Assembly (NCBI GenBank): GCA_965112735.1
Contig: CBCOSG010000003.1
Span: 5,050-69,049 of the forward strand
Source of the DNA: Phaeosaccion multiseriatum
Lineage: Eukaryota > Protista > Ochrophyta, other classes
Direction: 5' to 3'
DNA: 64,000 nt
A program made the position numbers and the translations under genes. Shown here piece after piece: positions 45,743 through 58,846 of the stretch (positions are counted from its first letter, which is position 1; each line of letters opens with the position of its first letter). The notes under the pieces were generated by a model. That model saw nothing but the letters and a program-made list of their open reading frames with translations. It was not told the origin of the DNA and searched no databases.

Positions 45743-46429
45743 TTATGATCCTAGTTTTTTGATATTTAAAATTTCTCCTTTAAATAACCATACCTTTACC
45801 CCTAAAATACCATATTTTGTTGGGGCTATTTTTTCAGTATAATCAATTTGTGCCCTTAAAGTCTGTAAAGGAATACGACCTTCTTTGCGCCACTCCGTTC
45901 TTGCAATTTCAGCACCATTTAGCCGTCCAGATATTTGTATTTTAATACCTTGAACACTAGGAGAAACATTTTTAATAATTAATTTCATTGCTCTACGGAA
46001 TGGGGTTTGTTTTGTTAATTCTTGGACTAACATATCGCCAACCATATTAGCTTCTACAAATTTCTCTTTTACCTCATTCACAAAAATTCTCAAACTAGGA
46101 ATCTCTATAGTACTTTGTAATCGTTTATATAGCTCTTGTATACCACTCCCATTTCGACCAATAAATTTTCCGGGTGATGATAATTCAATAGAAACAATAA
46201 TTTCATCATCATTTGTTCTTACAATTAAAATTTTATTTAAACCTACCTTATCAAAACCTCGTTTTTCTAGGTCGAAATTTTTGAATTCTAAATAGTCTTG
46301 GGTTATTTTTCTGATTTTAAAATCTTCTTGAATTAATTTAGAGTAAACCGTTAGTTTTGAATACCAAGACGAATAGTGTTGTTGCGTTATTCCAAGTCTA
46401 AATCCTAATGGATGTGTTTTATGTCCCAC
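45743..46429 (-). CDS. rps3: Ribosomal protein S3 (GTG start)
   Basis: GHKTHPLGFRLG, SGRLNGAEIAR. Confidence 0.97.
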   Translation of the reverse strand: MGHKTHPLGFRLGITQQHYSSWYSKLTVYSKLIQEDFKIRKITQDYLEFKNFDLEKRGFDKVGLNKILIVRTNDDEIIVSIELSSPGKFIGRNGSGIQELYKRLQSTIEIPSLRIFVNEVKEKFVEANMVGDMLVQELTKQTPFRRAMKLIIKNVSPSVQGIKIQISGRLNGAEIARTEWRKEGRIPLQTLRAQIDYTEKIAPTKYGILGVKVWLFKGEILNIKKLGS

Positions 46430-46446
46430 AATATTTTTATATTAAA

Positions 46447-46797
46447 TTAATAATTTCTAGTATTCATAATTATTGTAATATGGCACGTTGGTCTACGAAT
46501 TTGAAATCCTCTGCCTTTTGCACGTGGTCTTACACGACGTAAAATAGGGCCTTGGTCGGCAAAAGCTGTTTCAATTATTAAATTTTGTTTTTTTAATGAA
46601 AAATTATTTTCAGCGTTTGAGGCCGCAGCAGTTAGAATTTGCCAAATTGGTGTACAAGCACGATATGGTAAAAATTCTAGTATCATTAATGCTTCTTTAT
46701 ATGAGCGTCCTCTAATTTGATCTAATACACGGCGAACTTTCATTGGCGATATTCTTAAAAATCTACTGCTGGCTTTTACTTGTATGTTGTTGTTCAT
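46447..46797 (-). CDS. rpl22: Ribosomal protein L22
   Basis: [14 protein letters not shown]. Confidence 0.97.
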   Translation of the reverse strand: MNNNIQVKASSRFLRISPMKVRRVLDQIRGRSYKEALMILEFLPYRACTPIWQILTAAASNAENNFSLKKQNLIIETAFADQGPILRRVRPRAKGRGFQIRRPTCHITIIMNTRNY

Positions 46798-46809
46798 ATA
46801 TTTTTAATA

Positions 46810-47100
46810 CTATCGTTTAGTTTTTCTGTCATTTTTAATATGGGAACGAAAATTTCTTGTGGGAATAAATTCCCCTAATTTATGTCCTATAATTTGTTCT
46901 GAGATAAAAAGAGGTACATGTTTCTTTCCGTTATATACAGCAATTGTATGTCCAATCATATTTGGCATAATAACAGACGAGCGTGACCAAGTTTTAATCA
47001 CTTCTCTTTTTTTATTTTTTTCTGTATTTTTATTTAGTTTTTCAATTTTTTGTAGAAGATGGTAAGCTATAAAAGGTCCCTTTTTTTGTGATCTAACCAT
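46810..47100 (-). CDS. rps19: Ribosomal protein S19
   Basis: KTWSRSS, GHKLGEF. Confidence 0.97.
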   Translation of the reverse strand: MVRSQKKGPFIAYHLLQKIEKLNKNTEKNKKREVIKTWSRSSVIMPNMIGHTIAVYNGKKHVPLFISEQIIGHKLGEFIPTRNFRSHIKNDRKTKR

Positions 47101-47114
47101 AATTTATTTAATTT

Positions 47115-47942
47115 TTATTTTCTTTTTCGAAGGATATAAATATCACTATATTTATTTTTTTTACGAGTTCGAACTCCTAAAGCAGCTTTACCCCAAGGTG
47201 TATAAGGTTTTGTTCGACCAATCGGAGCACGTCCTTCTCCGCCACCATGAGGGTGGTCACACGCATTCATAACAGAACCACGTACAGTGGGACGAATACC
47301 TAACCACCTCTTTCTTCCAGCTTTACCTAATCTAACACTAGCAATTTCTCGGTTGCCTACTACTCCAATAGTAGCAGAGCATGTATTTCGAATTAATCGA
47401 ATTTCTTTAGAAGGAAGCCGTAATGTAACATAATTTCCATCTTTAGCTAAAATTCGTGCTGAAGTTCCAGCTGCTCTGACAATTTGACCACCTTTATTTG
47501 GAAAAAGTTCAATATTATGGATGTTTATTCCTAATGGTATATTTTTTAATGGTAAATTATTTCCAGTTTTAATAGGCGAGGATGGTCCTGATTCAATAAA
47601 ATCATTTATTTTTAAAGATTCCGGACAAATAATATAACGTTTTACCCCATCCCGGTATTTAACCAAAGCAATACGAGCATTTCGATTAGGATCATATTCA
47701 ATTGATACTATTTGTCCCGTAATATTATATTTGTCTCGTTTAAAGTCAATAACCCTATAACGTTTTTTATGTCCGCCACCTTTATGGCGGGAAGTAATAA
47801 CACCTCTATTATTTCGACCTCTTGAACGTTGATTTTTTTTTAATAGTTTTTTTTCCGGATTTATTTTAGTAAGTTCAGTAAACGTTAACTTCCTACGATT
47901 TCTAGTTCCTGAAGTCGAAGGTTTACATATACAAATTGCCAT
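47115..47942 (-). CDS. rpl2: Ribosomal protein L2
   Basis: [15 protein letters not shown]. Confidence 0.98.
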   Translation of the reverse strand: MAICICKPSTSGTRNRRKLTFTELTKINPEKKLLKKNQRSRGRNNRGVITSRHKGGGHKKRYRVIDFKRDKYNITGQIVSIEYDPNRNARIALVKYRDGVKRYIICPESLKINDFIESGPSSPIKTGNNLPLKNIPLGINIHNIELFPNKGGQIVRAAGTSARILAKDGNYVTLRLPSKEIRLIRNTCSATIGVVGNREIASVRLGKAGRKRWLGIRPTVRGSVMNACDHPHGGGEGRAPIGRTKPYTPWGKAALGVRTRKKNKYSDIYILRKRK

Positions 47943-47973
47943 AACTTTTAATTTTGCCTTTTAAAAAAATAAA

Positions 47974-48270
47974 TTAGTTGTCAAATAAATTAATAATATT
48001 TCCTTTAGCTAATTTGACAATAGCTTTTTTATATCTAGGTTTTACTCCGTAAAAACCATTTCGAGGAGCTTTTTTTTCAGGTAAACGACATGTATTAATT
48101 TTTATAACTTTTACCTGGAATAAAAATTCAATTGTCTGCTTTATGATTGGTTTGGTTGTTTTTGGATCAACTATAAATGTATATTGATTATTTTCAACTA
48201 GTTGAATAGCTTTTTGAGTTATCAATGGGTACTTTATTGATTCAATCTGTAAATATTTTCTTATTTTCAT
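47974..48270 (-). CDS. rpl23: Ribosomal protein L23
   Basis: NQYTFIV, YKKAIVKL. Confidence 0.95.
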   Translation of the reverse strand: MKIRKYLQIESIKYPLITQKAIQLVENNQYTFIVDPKTTKPIIKQTIEFLFQVKVIKINTCRLPEKKAPRNGFYGVKPRYKKAIVKLAKGNIINLFDN

Positions 48271-48271
48271 A

Positions 48272-48928
48272 TCAATTATTGTATAATTCTTGAATTGTTT
48301 TTAAACTGCTTAACATAATTATTAATTGTTTAGATAATACTAAATCTTTTATATTTAATTTATCCGAAGGAATTAGTGTTATATTTTTTAAATTTTTTGT
48401 GGCTATACGCATATTACTAGTATCGTAGTCTTTTGGCAGAATAATTCCAATCTTATTAGATAAATTGATTTTTAAATCTAATGTTCGAATCATATTTAAA
48501 AAATCTTTTGTTTTTTTTGTTGGAAGAACAAAATCTTCAACTAATTGAATTTGGTTTTGTTTCTTAAATAAAGTTAATCTTAAAGCCAATCTTAGTTCTT
48601 TCCGGTTTAATTTACAATTATATTTTCTAGGTTTTGGACCAAAAGAAACTCCACCACCGTTCCAAAGAGGAGATCGAGTTGACCCAGCTCTAGCCTGGCC
48701 CGTTCCTTTCTGCTTCCAAGGTTTACGGCCCCCACCTCTAACCTCTGATCTAGTCTTTGAACTTGCTGTACCTTGTCTTTGGTTTTTTAATTGATTTTGA
48801 AATGCACGATGAATTATATAATTTGTTGTATTATCAGAGGTGTCTTTTGCATAATTTGCTTTAATTTGTAAAGCTAAATTTAACTTTTCCCCGTTTTCTT
48901 TTCTAATCTCAAGGTCTGTTTTTATCAT
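48272..48928 (-). CDS. rpl4: Ribosomal protein L4
   Basis: [18 protein letters not shown]. Confidence 0.97.
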   Translation of the reverse strand: MIKTDLEIRKENGEKLNLALQIKANYAKDTSDNTTNYIIHRAFQNQLKNQRQGTASSKTRSEVRGGGRKPWKQKGTGQARAGSTRSPLWNGGGVSFGPKPRKYNCKLNRKELRLALRLTLFKKQNQIQLVEDFVLPTKKTKDFLNMIRTLDLKINLSNKIGIILPKDYDTSNMRIATKNLKNITLIPSDKLNIKDLVLSKQLIIMLSSLKTIQELYNN

Positions 48929-49551
48929 AATTTCGATGAAATAATATTAATTAAATTACCCGGTTTTCCTGGAATACTTCCTTTAATAATTAAAAGGTTT
49001 TGTTTATGGTTAATACCTAAAATTTTTAATTTAGAAACGGTTGAATTGCTTCCTCCTAGGTGGCCGGCCATTTTTTTTCCAGGAAAAATACGTCCTGGTG
49101 TAGTACCTGCTCCAATTGAACCTGGAGCACGATGGTTCTTAGAACCGTGACTCATAGGACCTCGTTTAAAATTATGACGTTTTTGATTACCACTAAAGCC
49201 TTTACCTACACTTTTACCGGTTACATCAAGTAATTGACCCACCTTAAAATTTTCTATATTAAGGTGTTGACCTAAAGAAAAATCTTCTGTGTTAGAAACA
49301 CGATATTCCTTTAAAAAAGCAAGTGGAGGAGAATTTGTTTTTTTTAAATGTCCTAATTGAGCTTTAGTTAATTTCTTTTTATTTACCTCAGAATAGCCAA
49401 TTTGAATTGCATCATAATTGTCCTTTGATTTAGTTTTTATTTGCGTAATAATGCAGGGTCCAACTTGAATCACGGTTACAGGAATCGCTAATCCTTCCTC
49501 AGTAAAAATTTGAGTGATCCCGATTTTATTGCCAAATAGTCCAATAGACAC
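48925..49551 (-). CDS. rpl3: Ribosomal protein L3 (GTG start)
   Basis: [17 protein letters not shown]. Confidence 0.97.
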   Translation of the reverse strand: MSIGLFGNKIGITQIFTEEGLAIPVTVIQVGPCIITQIKTKSKDNYDAIQIGYSEVNKKKLTKAQLGHLKKTNSPPLAFLKEYRVSNTEDFSLGQHLNIENFKVGQLLDVTGKSVGKGFSGNQKRHNFKRGPMSHGSKNHRAPGSIGAGTTPGRIFPGKKMAGHLGGSNSTVSKLKILGINHKQNLLIIKGSIPGKPGNLINIISSKL

Positions 49552-49807
49552 AATTATTTATACCCCGCTTTTTACAATAAATTAAAATTTTATTTATCTT
49601 GTCTAATGAAATTTATAATTTTTACTATAAATCCAGTCTACTTTTTAATCTTAAATAGTAAGACGACTGTAACTTTGTTTGACTTTTGATGTCCAGTGAT
49701 AACAATTTACTGTAGTTAATAATAAAAAATATAAATAGGATGAAAAATGTATTGACTAAAAAGGAAATTTATAATACATTATATCTAACAATAAAAAAAA
49801 TTATATT

Positions 49808-50812
49808 ATGACTCTACTAATTATAGGAGGTACTGGTACTTTAGGTAGACAACTAGTACGCAAAGCTTTAGCAAAAGGATTGAAAGTAAGATGTATAGTT
49901 AGAAATAAACAAAATGCAAATTATTTAGAGAAATGGGGGGCGGAATTAGTTTATGGTGACTTATCTTTACCTGAGACATTAGTTCTTTCTTTTCAAGGAG
50001 TTACATCGGTTATTGACGTCTCTACTACTCGTCCAGAAGATGAAAATAATATGTTTGATATTGATTGGCTAGGAAAATTAATTTTAATCGAGTTGGCAAA
50101 ACGGGTTAATGTGAAGCATTTCATTTTTTTTTCAATTTTTAACGCCGAAAAATATTTATACATTTCGTTAATGAGAATGAAAGCTAATATTGAAAATGTT
50201 TTAAAAAATTCAGGCGTACCTTATACAATTTTTCAATGTGGTGGATTTTATCAAGCTTTAATTGATCAATATGCTATTCCTGTAATAGAACAAAAACCCA
50301 TTTGGATAACAAAAGAAGCTACACCAGTTTCTTATATCGATACACAGGATGCAGCACTTTTTTGTCTTAAAAGTTTATCGATTGAAAAAACAAAAAATTG
50401 TACCTTTTTTCTAGGAGTTGAAAATTCTTGGCTTTCACAAAATATAATTACTTTATGTGAACAACTTTCTGGTCAAAAAGCTGTAATTCAATTTGTTCCT
50501 TTATTTGTTGTAAGACTTGTTAGACAGATTACAGGTTTTTTTAGTTGGAGTTCAAAAATTAGCGATCGTTTAGCTTTTATTGAAGTTTTAATCGATAATG
50601 CTAAATTTGTTTCTTCAGTTTCTATATTGTATAAAACTTTTGATATCAAATCAGATGAATTACTACCATTAGAAGAATATCTTAGACAATATTTTGAATT
50701 AATTGTAGTTACTTTAGAGAAATTTCATGTAGGTAAAAATATGACACCAAAAGATCTGGTTAAGATGCGTATTCCAGAAGATTCCCGTATGGATTATAAA
50801 ATTAAATTTTAG
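49808..50812 (+). CDS. ycf39: Ycf39 (NAD(P)-binding PSII assembly factor)
   Basis: MTLLIIGGTGTLGRQLVR, WGAELVYGDL, YIDTQDAA. Confidence 0.93.
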   Translation: MTLLIIGGTGTLGRQLVRKALAKGLKVRCIVRNKQNANYLEKWGAELVYGDLSLPETLVLSFQGVTSVIDVSTTRPEDENNMFDIDWLGKLILIELAKRVNVKHFIFFSIFNAEKYLYISLMRMKANIENVLKNSGVPYTIFQCGGFYQALIDQYAIPVIEQKPIWITKEATPVSYIDTQDAALFCLKSLSIEKTKNCTFFLGVENSWLSQNIITLCEQLSGQKAVIQFVPLFVVRLVRQITGFFSWSSKISDRLAFIEVLIDNAKFVSSVSILYKTFDIKSDELLPLEEYLRQYFELIVVTLEKFHVGKNMTPKDLVKMRIPEDSRMDYKIKF

Positions 50813-51029
50813 ATTCAAAAATACTTATAACTTTAGCTTAAACTAAACTTGTGAGTACAAAACATTAAAGAATCTTGTAGAATAAAATCTAATTATAAAA
50901 TTTTATAATGAAATTGATTATCCAAAAATTAATTTGTAAAACTCTAATACTTAATTAAGTATTAGAATCTAGTAAACTAACTAAATTATGTAAGAAAAAA
51001 TTTCTAACACTATATTTTTTTAGATTTAT

Positions 51030-51425
51030 TTATTTTATAGCTACTTTACCACCAGCTGCTTCTAATTGTTTTTTTAAATCATCCGCTGTTTCTTTTGGAA
51101 CACCTTCTTTTAAAGTTTTAGGGGCGCTTTCTACTAAATCTTTAGCTTCTTTTAAACCTAATCCTGTTACTGTACGTACTACTTTTAAAATAGCAATTTT
51201 CTTATCCGCCGGTACTTCTTCAAGTATTATATCAAATTCTGTTTTTTCATCTGAAGCCGCTTTATCTCCAGCTCCATCTGCACCCGAATTCATGACCATC
51301 ATGCCCCCACTAACTGAGGATGCATCAACATTAAAAGTTTCTTCAATTTTTTCAACTAATTGAGATGCTTCTAATAACGTTAATTCTTTTAAACTCTCAA
51401 TTATAGGACTAAGTTTTTCACTCAT
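51030..51425 (-). CDS. rpl12: Ribosomal protein L12
   Basis: [20 protein letters not shown]. Confidence 0.97.
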   Translation of the reverse strand: MSEKLSPIIESLKELTLLEASQLVEKIEETFNVDASSVSGGMMVMNSGADGAGDKAASDEKTEFDIILEEVPADKKIAILKVVRTVTGLGLKEAKDLVESAPKTLKEGVPKETADDLKKQLEAAGGKVAIK

Positions 51426-51474
51426 ATTTTTTGTTGGTTAAGTTTTTCTCTTTTAATAAACTAAACTTTAAAAA

Positions 51475-52179
51475 TTATTCCAAAACTAAATTTTTAAATT
51501 CACTAATATCTAAACGAATAGATGGTCCCATTGTATTACAAATATGAAAGTTTTTAAAATATTTACCTTTAACCCCAGTAGGTTTATTTTTTTCAATAGA
51601 TTGGTATACAGAAATTAAATTTTCTAATAGATCTGTTTCTGTAAAATTTGTTTTACCAAAAGTTAAATGAACAATTCCTGTTCTATCTGCTCTATATTCA
51701 AGTTTACCTCGTTTAAATTCATTTAATGTTGTCATTATATCCGTTGTAACTGTTCCAGCCTTTGGCGAGGGCATTAAACCTTTAGGTCCTAATACTCTTC
51801 CTAACTTGGCAAGTTTTGGCATCATTTCGGGAGTAGATATTAGAATATCAAAATCAAATTTATCTTTTGTAATTAAATTTAATAAATCATCTGACCCTAC
51901 AATATCAGCTAGTTCTGAATATTGGGGTAAAATTTTAGTTTCTTGAACAAGAAGAGCAATTTTTTTAGTTTTTCCCGTTCCTTTGGGTAAAATTAAAGTA
52001 CTTCTTAATTGTTGATCACTATACCTAGGGTTAATATTTAAGGTAATATGGGCCTCTACTGATTCAGTAAATTTAGCAGTAGCAGTTTCTTTAATAAGAC
52101 TAATACTTTCTTGCGGTGAATATGATGATTTTACAATTTTTGCATTAAGATTATTTTTTCGTTGGGAAATTTTTGGCAT
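51475..52179 (-). CDS. rpl1: Ribosomal protein L1
   Basis: LGPKGLMPSPKAGTV. Confidence 0.97.
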   Translation of the reverse strand: MPKISQRKNNLNAKIVKSSYSPQESISLIKETATAKFTESVEAHITLNINPRYSDQQLRSTLILPKGTGKTKKIALLVQETKILPQYSELADIVGSDDLLNLITKDKFDFDILISTPEMMPKLAKLGRVLGPKGLMPSPKAGTVTTDIMTTLNEFKRGKLEYRADRTGIVHLTFGKTNFTETDLLENLISVYQSIEKNKPTGVKGKYFKNFHICNTMGPSIRLDISEFKNLVLE

Positions 52180-52216
52180 AATAATTTTTCTTATTCTAAT
52201 ATATTATTTAAGTTAT

Positions 52217-52642
52217 TTATTCACTAATTGTAATACCCATATTTTTGGCAGTTCCTGCTACTATTTTAACAGCACTTTCTAAACTAATTGTATTCAGATC
52301 AGGTAATTTAATTTTTGCAATATCTTCCAACTGTTCTTTAGTAATAGAAGCTACAATAATTTTATTAGGTTCAGAAGAACCTTTTTTAATTTTAGCGGCT
52401 TTAATTAATAGAACAGAAGCAGGAGGAGTTTTTAAGATAAAAGAATATGAACGATCTTCATAAACTGAAATTTCTACTGGGATTATTAGATCTCCTTTAT
52501 CAGCTGTCTTTTCATTATATTCTTTACAGAATGCTGCGATATTAACGCCATGTTGACTTAAGGCTGGCCCAACGGGAGGTGCTGGAATAGCTTTACCAGC
52601 TTTTAAAGCTAACTTGATAAGAGCAGAAATTTTTTTGGCCAT
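52217..52642 (-). CDS. rpl11: Ribosomal protein L11
   Basis: [22 protein letters not shown]. Confidence 0.97.
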   Translation of the reverse strand: MAKKISALIKLALKAGKAIPAPPVGPALSQHGVNIAAFCKEYNEKTADKGDLIIPVEISVYEDRSYSFILKTPPASVLLIKAAKIKKGSSEPNKIIVASITKEQLEDIAKIKLPDLNTISLESAVKIVAGTAKNMGITISE

Positions 52643-52747
52643 AGTTTGTTTAGTATTTAATTTAATAAAATTATTCTATATTTAAAATCCTACCTATAGG
52701 TATACCTTAAAATTGTTTTGTTTACTAGAGATAAAATTATTCAATAT

Positions 52748-52820
52748 CACGCCTTGAAGGACTTGAACCCTCGACATTAGGTTTTGGAGACCTACGTTCT
52801 ACCAACTGAACTAAAGACGC
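52748..52820 (-). tRNA. trnW: tRNA-Trp (CCA)
   Basis: gcgtctttagttcagttggtagaac...ctccaaa...ggttcaagtcc. Confidence 0.95.
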
Positions 52821-52840
52821 GCACACTAGAAGTTAGTACA

Positions 52841-52934
52841 AAGTTTAGACCTGCTTACAAATAATTGCAAAAATGTGCTGCTTTTTATTAAAACCTGACA
52901 CGTTGTATTTACATTTTTGTACAGATCTAAACCG
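52841..52934 (-). ncRNA. ffs: Signal recognition particle RNA (4.5S)
   Basis: Domain IV motif gtgTCAGG-ttttaataaaa-AGCAGcac inside a long hairpin (gtttagatctg/caggtctaaac); consensus promoter directly upstream. Confidence 0.8.
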
Positions 52935-52940
52935 TATTTT

Positions 52941-52970
52941 ATTATAAACAAAAAGTTGATTAAATGTCAA
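52941..52970 (-). promoter_or_regulatory. Sigma70-type promoter for ffs (and possibly trnW)
   Basis: TTGACA-18nt-TATAAT, placing the start site at about 52934. Confidence 0.75.
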
Positions 52971-52978
52971 TATTATAT

Positions 52979-53107
52979 TTAAAAACTTGGAAAAGTTAAA
53001 GCGTCGGGATAAAAACGATTCACTTCAATTATAAATCCTGCTGTAAAAGTCATCCATGCAGCTAATAAAACGGGTGCCATGGTAAGATATTTTAAAAAAT
53101 TACTCAT
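52979..53107 (-). CDS. psaJ: Photosystem I subunit IX
   Basis: Manual translation [42 protein letters not shown]. Confidence 0.96.
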   Translation of the reverse strand: MSNFLKYLTMAPVLLAAWMTFTAGFIIEVNRFYPDALTFPSF

Positions 53108-53179
53108 TTAAATCAATTCCTTAAATATTTATTTATTGTTAAATGAAGATAAATATGGAAATTTAGAATACTTAAAATT

Positions 53180-53737
53180 CTATCTAGGAGAAATAGTAAT
53201 TTCAGAAGAATCTGCTAATAAATCACCAGTAATGTACTCTTTCCAAGCAGAAACTGGCCAAATAAATCCACTAGACATAATTGTCAATGCTAATGGAACA
53301 TCAATAAGAATTTCTTGTTGTGTAGGATTTGCAGTAGTACTAACCGTACGTATATATTTTCGTCCAACCCAACCAATCCAGCCAGTAATATAAAGAAATA
53401 CAATTCCAGGAATTAAAAATTCTGCAGCATGACTCCATCTTCCATCTGTAATTAAATGGGGCAATCCATCTTTACCACAAAGTAATCCTGAGTGTGAATA
53501 CCGATCAAATCTTACTTTAGTACGTTCAATTTGTTGTTCTAAAGCTAATGCCGGTGGAGAATTAGGTTCATATTTTTTTACTCGTCCTTCCAGTTTTTTA
53601 ATACTAGTATTTAACCGTTTAGAAAATACAGTTGATTCATTACAAGGTGTCAAATTTGCTACATCTGCGAATACAAAATTTGGCATGGTAATGCAACAAG
53701 TAAAAAAAACAAAACAAAATTTCTTAAAAATCGTCAT
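53180..53737 (-). CDS. psaF: Photosystem I subunit III
   Basis: [29 protein letters not shown]. Confidence 0.97.
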   Translation of the reverse strand: MTIFKKFCFVFFTCCITMPNFVFADVANLTPCNESTVFSKRLNTSIKKLEGRVKKYEPNSPPALALEQQIERTKVRFDRYSHSGLLCGKDGLPHLITDGRWSHAAEFLIPGIVFLYITGWIGWVGRKYIRTVSTTANPTQQEILIDVPLALTIMSSGFIWPVSAWKEYITGDLLADSSEITISPR

Positions 53738-53859
53738 TTCTCTAATTTTTTTTTTATATTAGGTTTAATAAAAAGCGCCGTAAAATAAATGTATTAAATT
53801 TTATTTTTCGTTTAATCCAAAACTATTTTACTTATTTATTCTATTAAGAAAAAGTAATT

Positions 53860-54819
53860 TTAGAAATTTAACTCGGCAGCTTGAACTTTTTCAAACTGTT
53901 TTTTCTTAATTACTAAGAATATTTGTGTTAGTAAAACTAATAAAGTAAAAATCATATAACCAATAATTCGATTTGGACTTTGTAAAACAATCTCTGTCTC
54001 GGTTTGACCAAATCCTCCAACATTAGGATCTTTTGTTAATGGTTGATCAACTTGAATAACATCTTTTTCTTTTATAATTAATGATAAACCATTTGGAACA
54101 GTTTGGTTAACTTCATTTCCATCATTTGTTAACACTGTTAAATTCATACCGCCTTTATCTAAAGGACTAATTTGTTTGATTTGACCACTAACTGTAGATA
54201 TGATAGAATTATTATTACTTTTTTCACCAGTTGGATAAATTTGTCCTCTACCTCTATTTGCTCCCACATAAATAGGGTATTTAACAAAATTAATTTTTTT
54301 ATTTGTAGCCGGATCCGGAGAAAGAACAGGAAATATAATTTCTTGATGTTGATCACCAGAAATTGGGCCAACTACTAAAATATTATCTTGTGTTGAACTA
54401 TAAGGCGCTATATAAACACCTTTACTTTTATCTTTAATTTCTTGAGAAATTCTATCTTTTGGAGCTAGTTTAAAACCTTCAGGCAAAATAACAACAGCAC
54501 CAACATTTAAGGGTCCTAATGTACCATTTCCTTGAATTTGCTTAACATCTTTATTATAAGGAATTTTAACCATAGTTTCAAAAACTTGGTCGGGTAAGAT
54601 TGCTTGCGGAGCTTCAATTTCAACAGGTTTCTGTGCAAGATGACAATTAGCACAAGCAATTCTACCATTCGCTGCACGTGGATTAGTGTAGGCTTGTTGT
54701 GCATAAACGGGGTATGCATCAGATTTTTCAATTGAAAAATTAAAAGTTAAACATAAAAAGCTCAATAAAATAACAGAAATTTCAACAATTTTATTTAACT
54801 TAAATTTAGAGTTCTTCAT
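53860..54819 (-). CDS. petA: Apocytochrome f
   Basis: YPVYAQQ, CANCH, KKKQFEKVQ. Confidence 0.98.
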   Translation of the reverse strand: MKNSKFKLNKIVEISVILLSFLCLTFNFSIEKSDAYPVYAQQAYTNPRAANGRIACANCHLAQKPVEIEAPQAILPDQVFETMVKIPYNKDVKQIQGNGTLGPLNVGAVVILPEGFKLAPKDRISQEIKDKSKGVYIAPYSSTQDNILVVGPISGDQHQEIIFPVLSPDPATNKKINFVKYPIYVGANRGRGQIYPTGEKSNNNSIISTVSGQIKQISPLDKGGMNLTVLTNDGNEVNQTVPNGLSLIIKEKDVIQVDQPLTKDPNVGGFGQTETEIVLQSPNRIIGYMIFTLLVLLTQIFLVIKKKQFEKVQAAELNF

Positions 54820-54879
54820 TCAAAACTTTTAGTACCATATAAAATTTTCAATATAGTTTTATAGAAAGGATATTTTTGA

Positions 54880-55653
54880 TTAGGTGCTTCGGTTTTTAAC
54901 AATAGCTAAGGATACGATGCAACCACTTAGATATAATAAAAACAATGCTCCCGCAAGTAATAATTGGGTAAAAGGGTCAGCAGAAGGGGTTAAAATTGCT
55001 CCTATAATAGTTGAGAAAATAATCATGTAACGCCAACCTTGTAACATTTTTCTAGGGTCTATTAATTGCGATAAACTAAAAAGAACTTGTAAAATTGGAA
55101 CCTGAAAAACAATTCCAGTACTCAAAAATAAAACAGAAATAAAGTTAAAATACTGATTGAATGATAAAAGAGGCTCTAACACCGGAGAACTATAATCAAT
55201 AAAAAATTGTAAAGCAGCTGGTGTTAAAATAAAATAAGAAAAAAGAAGTCCTAATATAAATAACAAAATTGAACTTATCAATAATCCTAATACAAGTGTT
55301 TTCTCAGACTTATTTAATCCTGGAAGTAAAAAAAAAATTAGTTGACTAAGAATAATAGGTAGACTAAAGAGTAAGCCACTATAAAATGCAATACTTAATG
55401 TTGAAACAAAATATTCACCAGGAGAAGATTGAAAAAATTTGACCCCTTTTATTGGTAATTCTAGCCACTTAACAATGTACTGCACATTAATAAAAGATAT
55501 CAGTATACTTAAAATTATTATGCCAAAAACTTGAATTAATCTCTGTCTTACTTCTTCAATATGCTCATCAAAAAATAATTCAACCATATTATTATCTGAA
55601 ACATTTGACTGTTTATTTTCAATAAGAAACTTGAAATAGTAATTGTAAAGCAT
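54880..55653 (-). CDS. tatC: TatC (Ycf43)
   Basis: EHIEEVRQR, SPGEYF, FQVP, LTPSADP. Confidence 0.95.
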   Translation of the reverse strand: MLYNYYFKFLIENKQSNVSDNNMVELFFDEHIEEVRQRLIQVFGIIILSILISFINVQYIVKWLELPIKGVKFFQSSPGEYFVSTLSIAFYSGLLFSLPIILSQLIFFLLPGLNKSEKTLVLGLLISSILLFILGLLFSYFILTPAALQFFIDYSSPVLEPLLSFNQYFNFISVLFLSTGIVFQVPILQVLFSLSQLIDPRKMLQGWRYMIIFSTIIGAILTPSADPFTQLLLAGALFLLYLSGCIVSLAIVKNRST

Positions 55654-55671
55654 CTTGAAAATATGTTAAAT

Positions 55672-56082
55672 CTAATTTAAATAATTAAATGCCAACACTC
55701 TAGCACTAGCACGTTTTAATTTTTGAATAGTTTCAAATTTTTCTTTTATAGTAATTGGCTTTGTTTCTGGATCTAAAGCTTCTTTTGTTAAAGAAGTTAA
55801 AATCTCATTAGCCTCATCTAAAGTAATTGTGATCTCTTCAACATCTCGAACAAGAACAGTTAATTCATTATTAGCGACAACGGCACAACCTTCTGATAAA
55901 AGTATAGGTTTCCAAACTTCATCAATTTTAATTCTAAATAAACCCACTTCTATAGCTGTAACTAATGGTATATGACCAGGTAGTATTCCTACTTGACCAG
56001 TTAATGTTGGTAAAATAGCCTGATCGGCCATTGTATCCCAGAGAATGCCATCTGTAGACATTAAAAGAATTTTTAAACTCAT
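55672..56082 (-). CDS. atpE: ATP synthase CF1 epsilon
   Basis: LPTLTGQVGILPGH; follows atpB. Confidence 0.93.
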   Translation of the reverse strand: MSLKILLMSTDGILWDTMADQAILPTLTGQVGILPGHIPLVTAIEVGLFRIKIDEVWKPILLSEGCAVVANNELTVLVRDVEEITITLDEANEILTSLTKEALDPETKPITIKEKFETIQKLKRASARVLAFNYLN

Positions 56083-56109
56083 AATAAATTTTGTAATTTT
56101 AATTTTATT

Positions 56110-57561
<1,452 letters not shown>

Positions 57562-57595
57562 TTATATATAAAAATTAATAGGGTTTCAAATTAAA

Positions 57596-58114
57596 TTAAA
57601 AGTTTTTTACAGTTAATCGTCCAGTTGTTCTAAGCCAGTTTTGGGCTTCAATATAATTATTAGGGGCTAAGTTTACTGCTTGTTTCCAATATTCAGCTGC
57701 TTTATCAAATAAAATTGTTGCAACTTCTGTATTTTGTTTTTCTGAAGCTTTAACTCCTTGGTAATGGTATATAACTGCTACATTGTTTAAAGCTTGAAAT
57801 AAATTTGAATTTAGTTCAATAGCTTGATGATAATACTCTAATGCTTTAATGTATTCACCATTACTTGCATATATCAAACCAATGTTATAAAGGATAAAAC
57901 TTCGATCATAAAGATCTTCTTCCATTTGTAACGCTTCATAATAATTTTCTAATGCTTCAGCATATTCTCCTTCAGACTGGGCTGAAAGTCCATCCCTGTA
58001 ATAAAAAAAAGCCTGTTTTTCTTCTTTGCTTGCGGGAAATACTTTAAGTAGAATATCCGCCATAACCGTGAAAGTTTTGTCAATGAAATTATCATTTCTT
58101 TGTGAACGCCCCAT
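57596..58114 (-). CDS. ycf3: PSI assembly TPR protein Ycf3
   Basis: [22 protein letters not shown]. Confidence 0.98.
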   Translation of the reverse strand: MGRSQRNDNFIDKTFTVMADILLKVFPASKEEKQAFFYYRDGLSAQSEGEYAEALENYYEALQMEEDLYDRSFILYNIGLIYASNGEYIKALEYYHQAIELNSNLFQALNNVAVIYHYQGVKASEKQNTEVATILFDKAAEYWKQAVNLAPNNYIEAQNWLRTTGRLTVKNF

Positions 58115-58199
58115 ATTTTAGCTCACCTTAGTTATTATAAAATAACCGAAAAAGTATTATTAGTTTGTTTTTTTATACTACGTATAGACTATTATTAAA

Positions 58200-58415
58200 T
58201 TAATCATCTCTAGAGTTTAACGCAAGCAAGTGCAAAATACGTGCACGTTTTACTGATTTAGTCAATTGGTGCTGTTGTTTTAAAGTTAAACGGGTTACTC
58301 GACGAGGTAATATTTTTCCCCGGACACTTAAAAAAGATTTTAATAAATCTATATCTTTATAATCAATAATTTGCTTAGGGGGCAATGACTGTGGACGACG
58401 TTTAATAAAAGGCAT
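58200..58415 (-). CDS. rps18: Ribosomal protein S18
   Basis: [16 protein letters not shown]. Confidence 0.96.
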   Translation of the reverse strand: MPFIKRRPQSLPPKQIIDYKDIDLLKSFLSVRGKILPRRVTRLTLKQQHQLTKSVKRARILHLLALNSRDD

Positions 58416-58419
58416 AAAT

Positions 58420-58614
58420 TTATTTTGTTTCTTTGTGAATAATATGTGAATTACAATTCGAGCAAAATTTTTTTAACTCTATCCGGTTTGGCGTGGTACG
58501 GCGATTTTTTTCCGTACTGTAACGTGAAACACCTGGCGAACGTTTCATTGTTTCTGTTTTACAATTTGTACATTCTAATGTAACTAAAATCCTAACACCT
58601 TTGCTTTTGGCCAT
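58420..58614 (-). CDS. rpl33: Ribosomal protein L33
   Basis: [20 protein letters not shown]. Confidence 0.96.
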   Translation of the reverse strand: MAKSKGVRILVTLECTNCKTETMKRSPGVSRYSTEKNRRTTPNRIELKKFCSNCNSHIIHKETK

Positions 58615-58719
58615 AAATTTAAAAAGAGTTTTTCTTACATAGTATTATATAAATTTAAATATAAAAGCAAGCTTTATATTTTACTTTATGGAATACTACC
58701 TAAGAATTTTTTTTACAGG

Positions 58720-58750
58720 TTGACATAGTTAATGTATAATAGCTTATAAT
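58720..58750 (+). promoter_or_regulatory. Putative promoter for rps20
   Basis: TTGACA-19nt-TATAAT. Confidence 0.4.
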
Positions 58751-58846
58751 ATTATCCACATACTATAGAAATATAGACATAAATAACTCAGATTCTAGTT
58801 TTTGTTATTTATACCGTTTTAAAGTTTAACTAACCACAATTATTAT

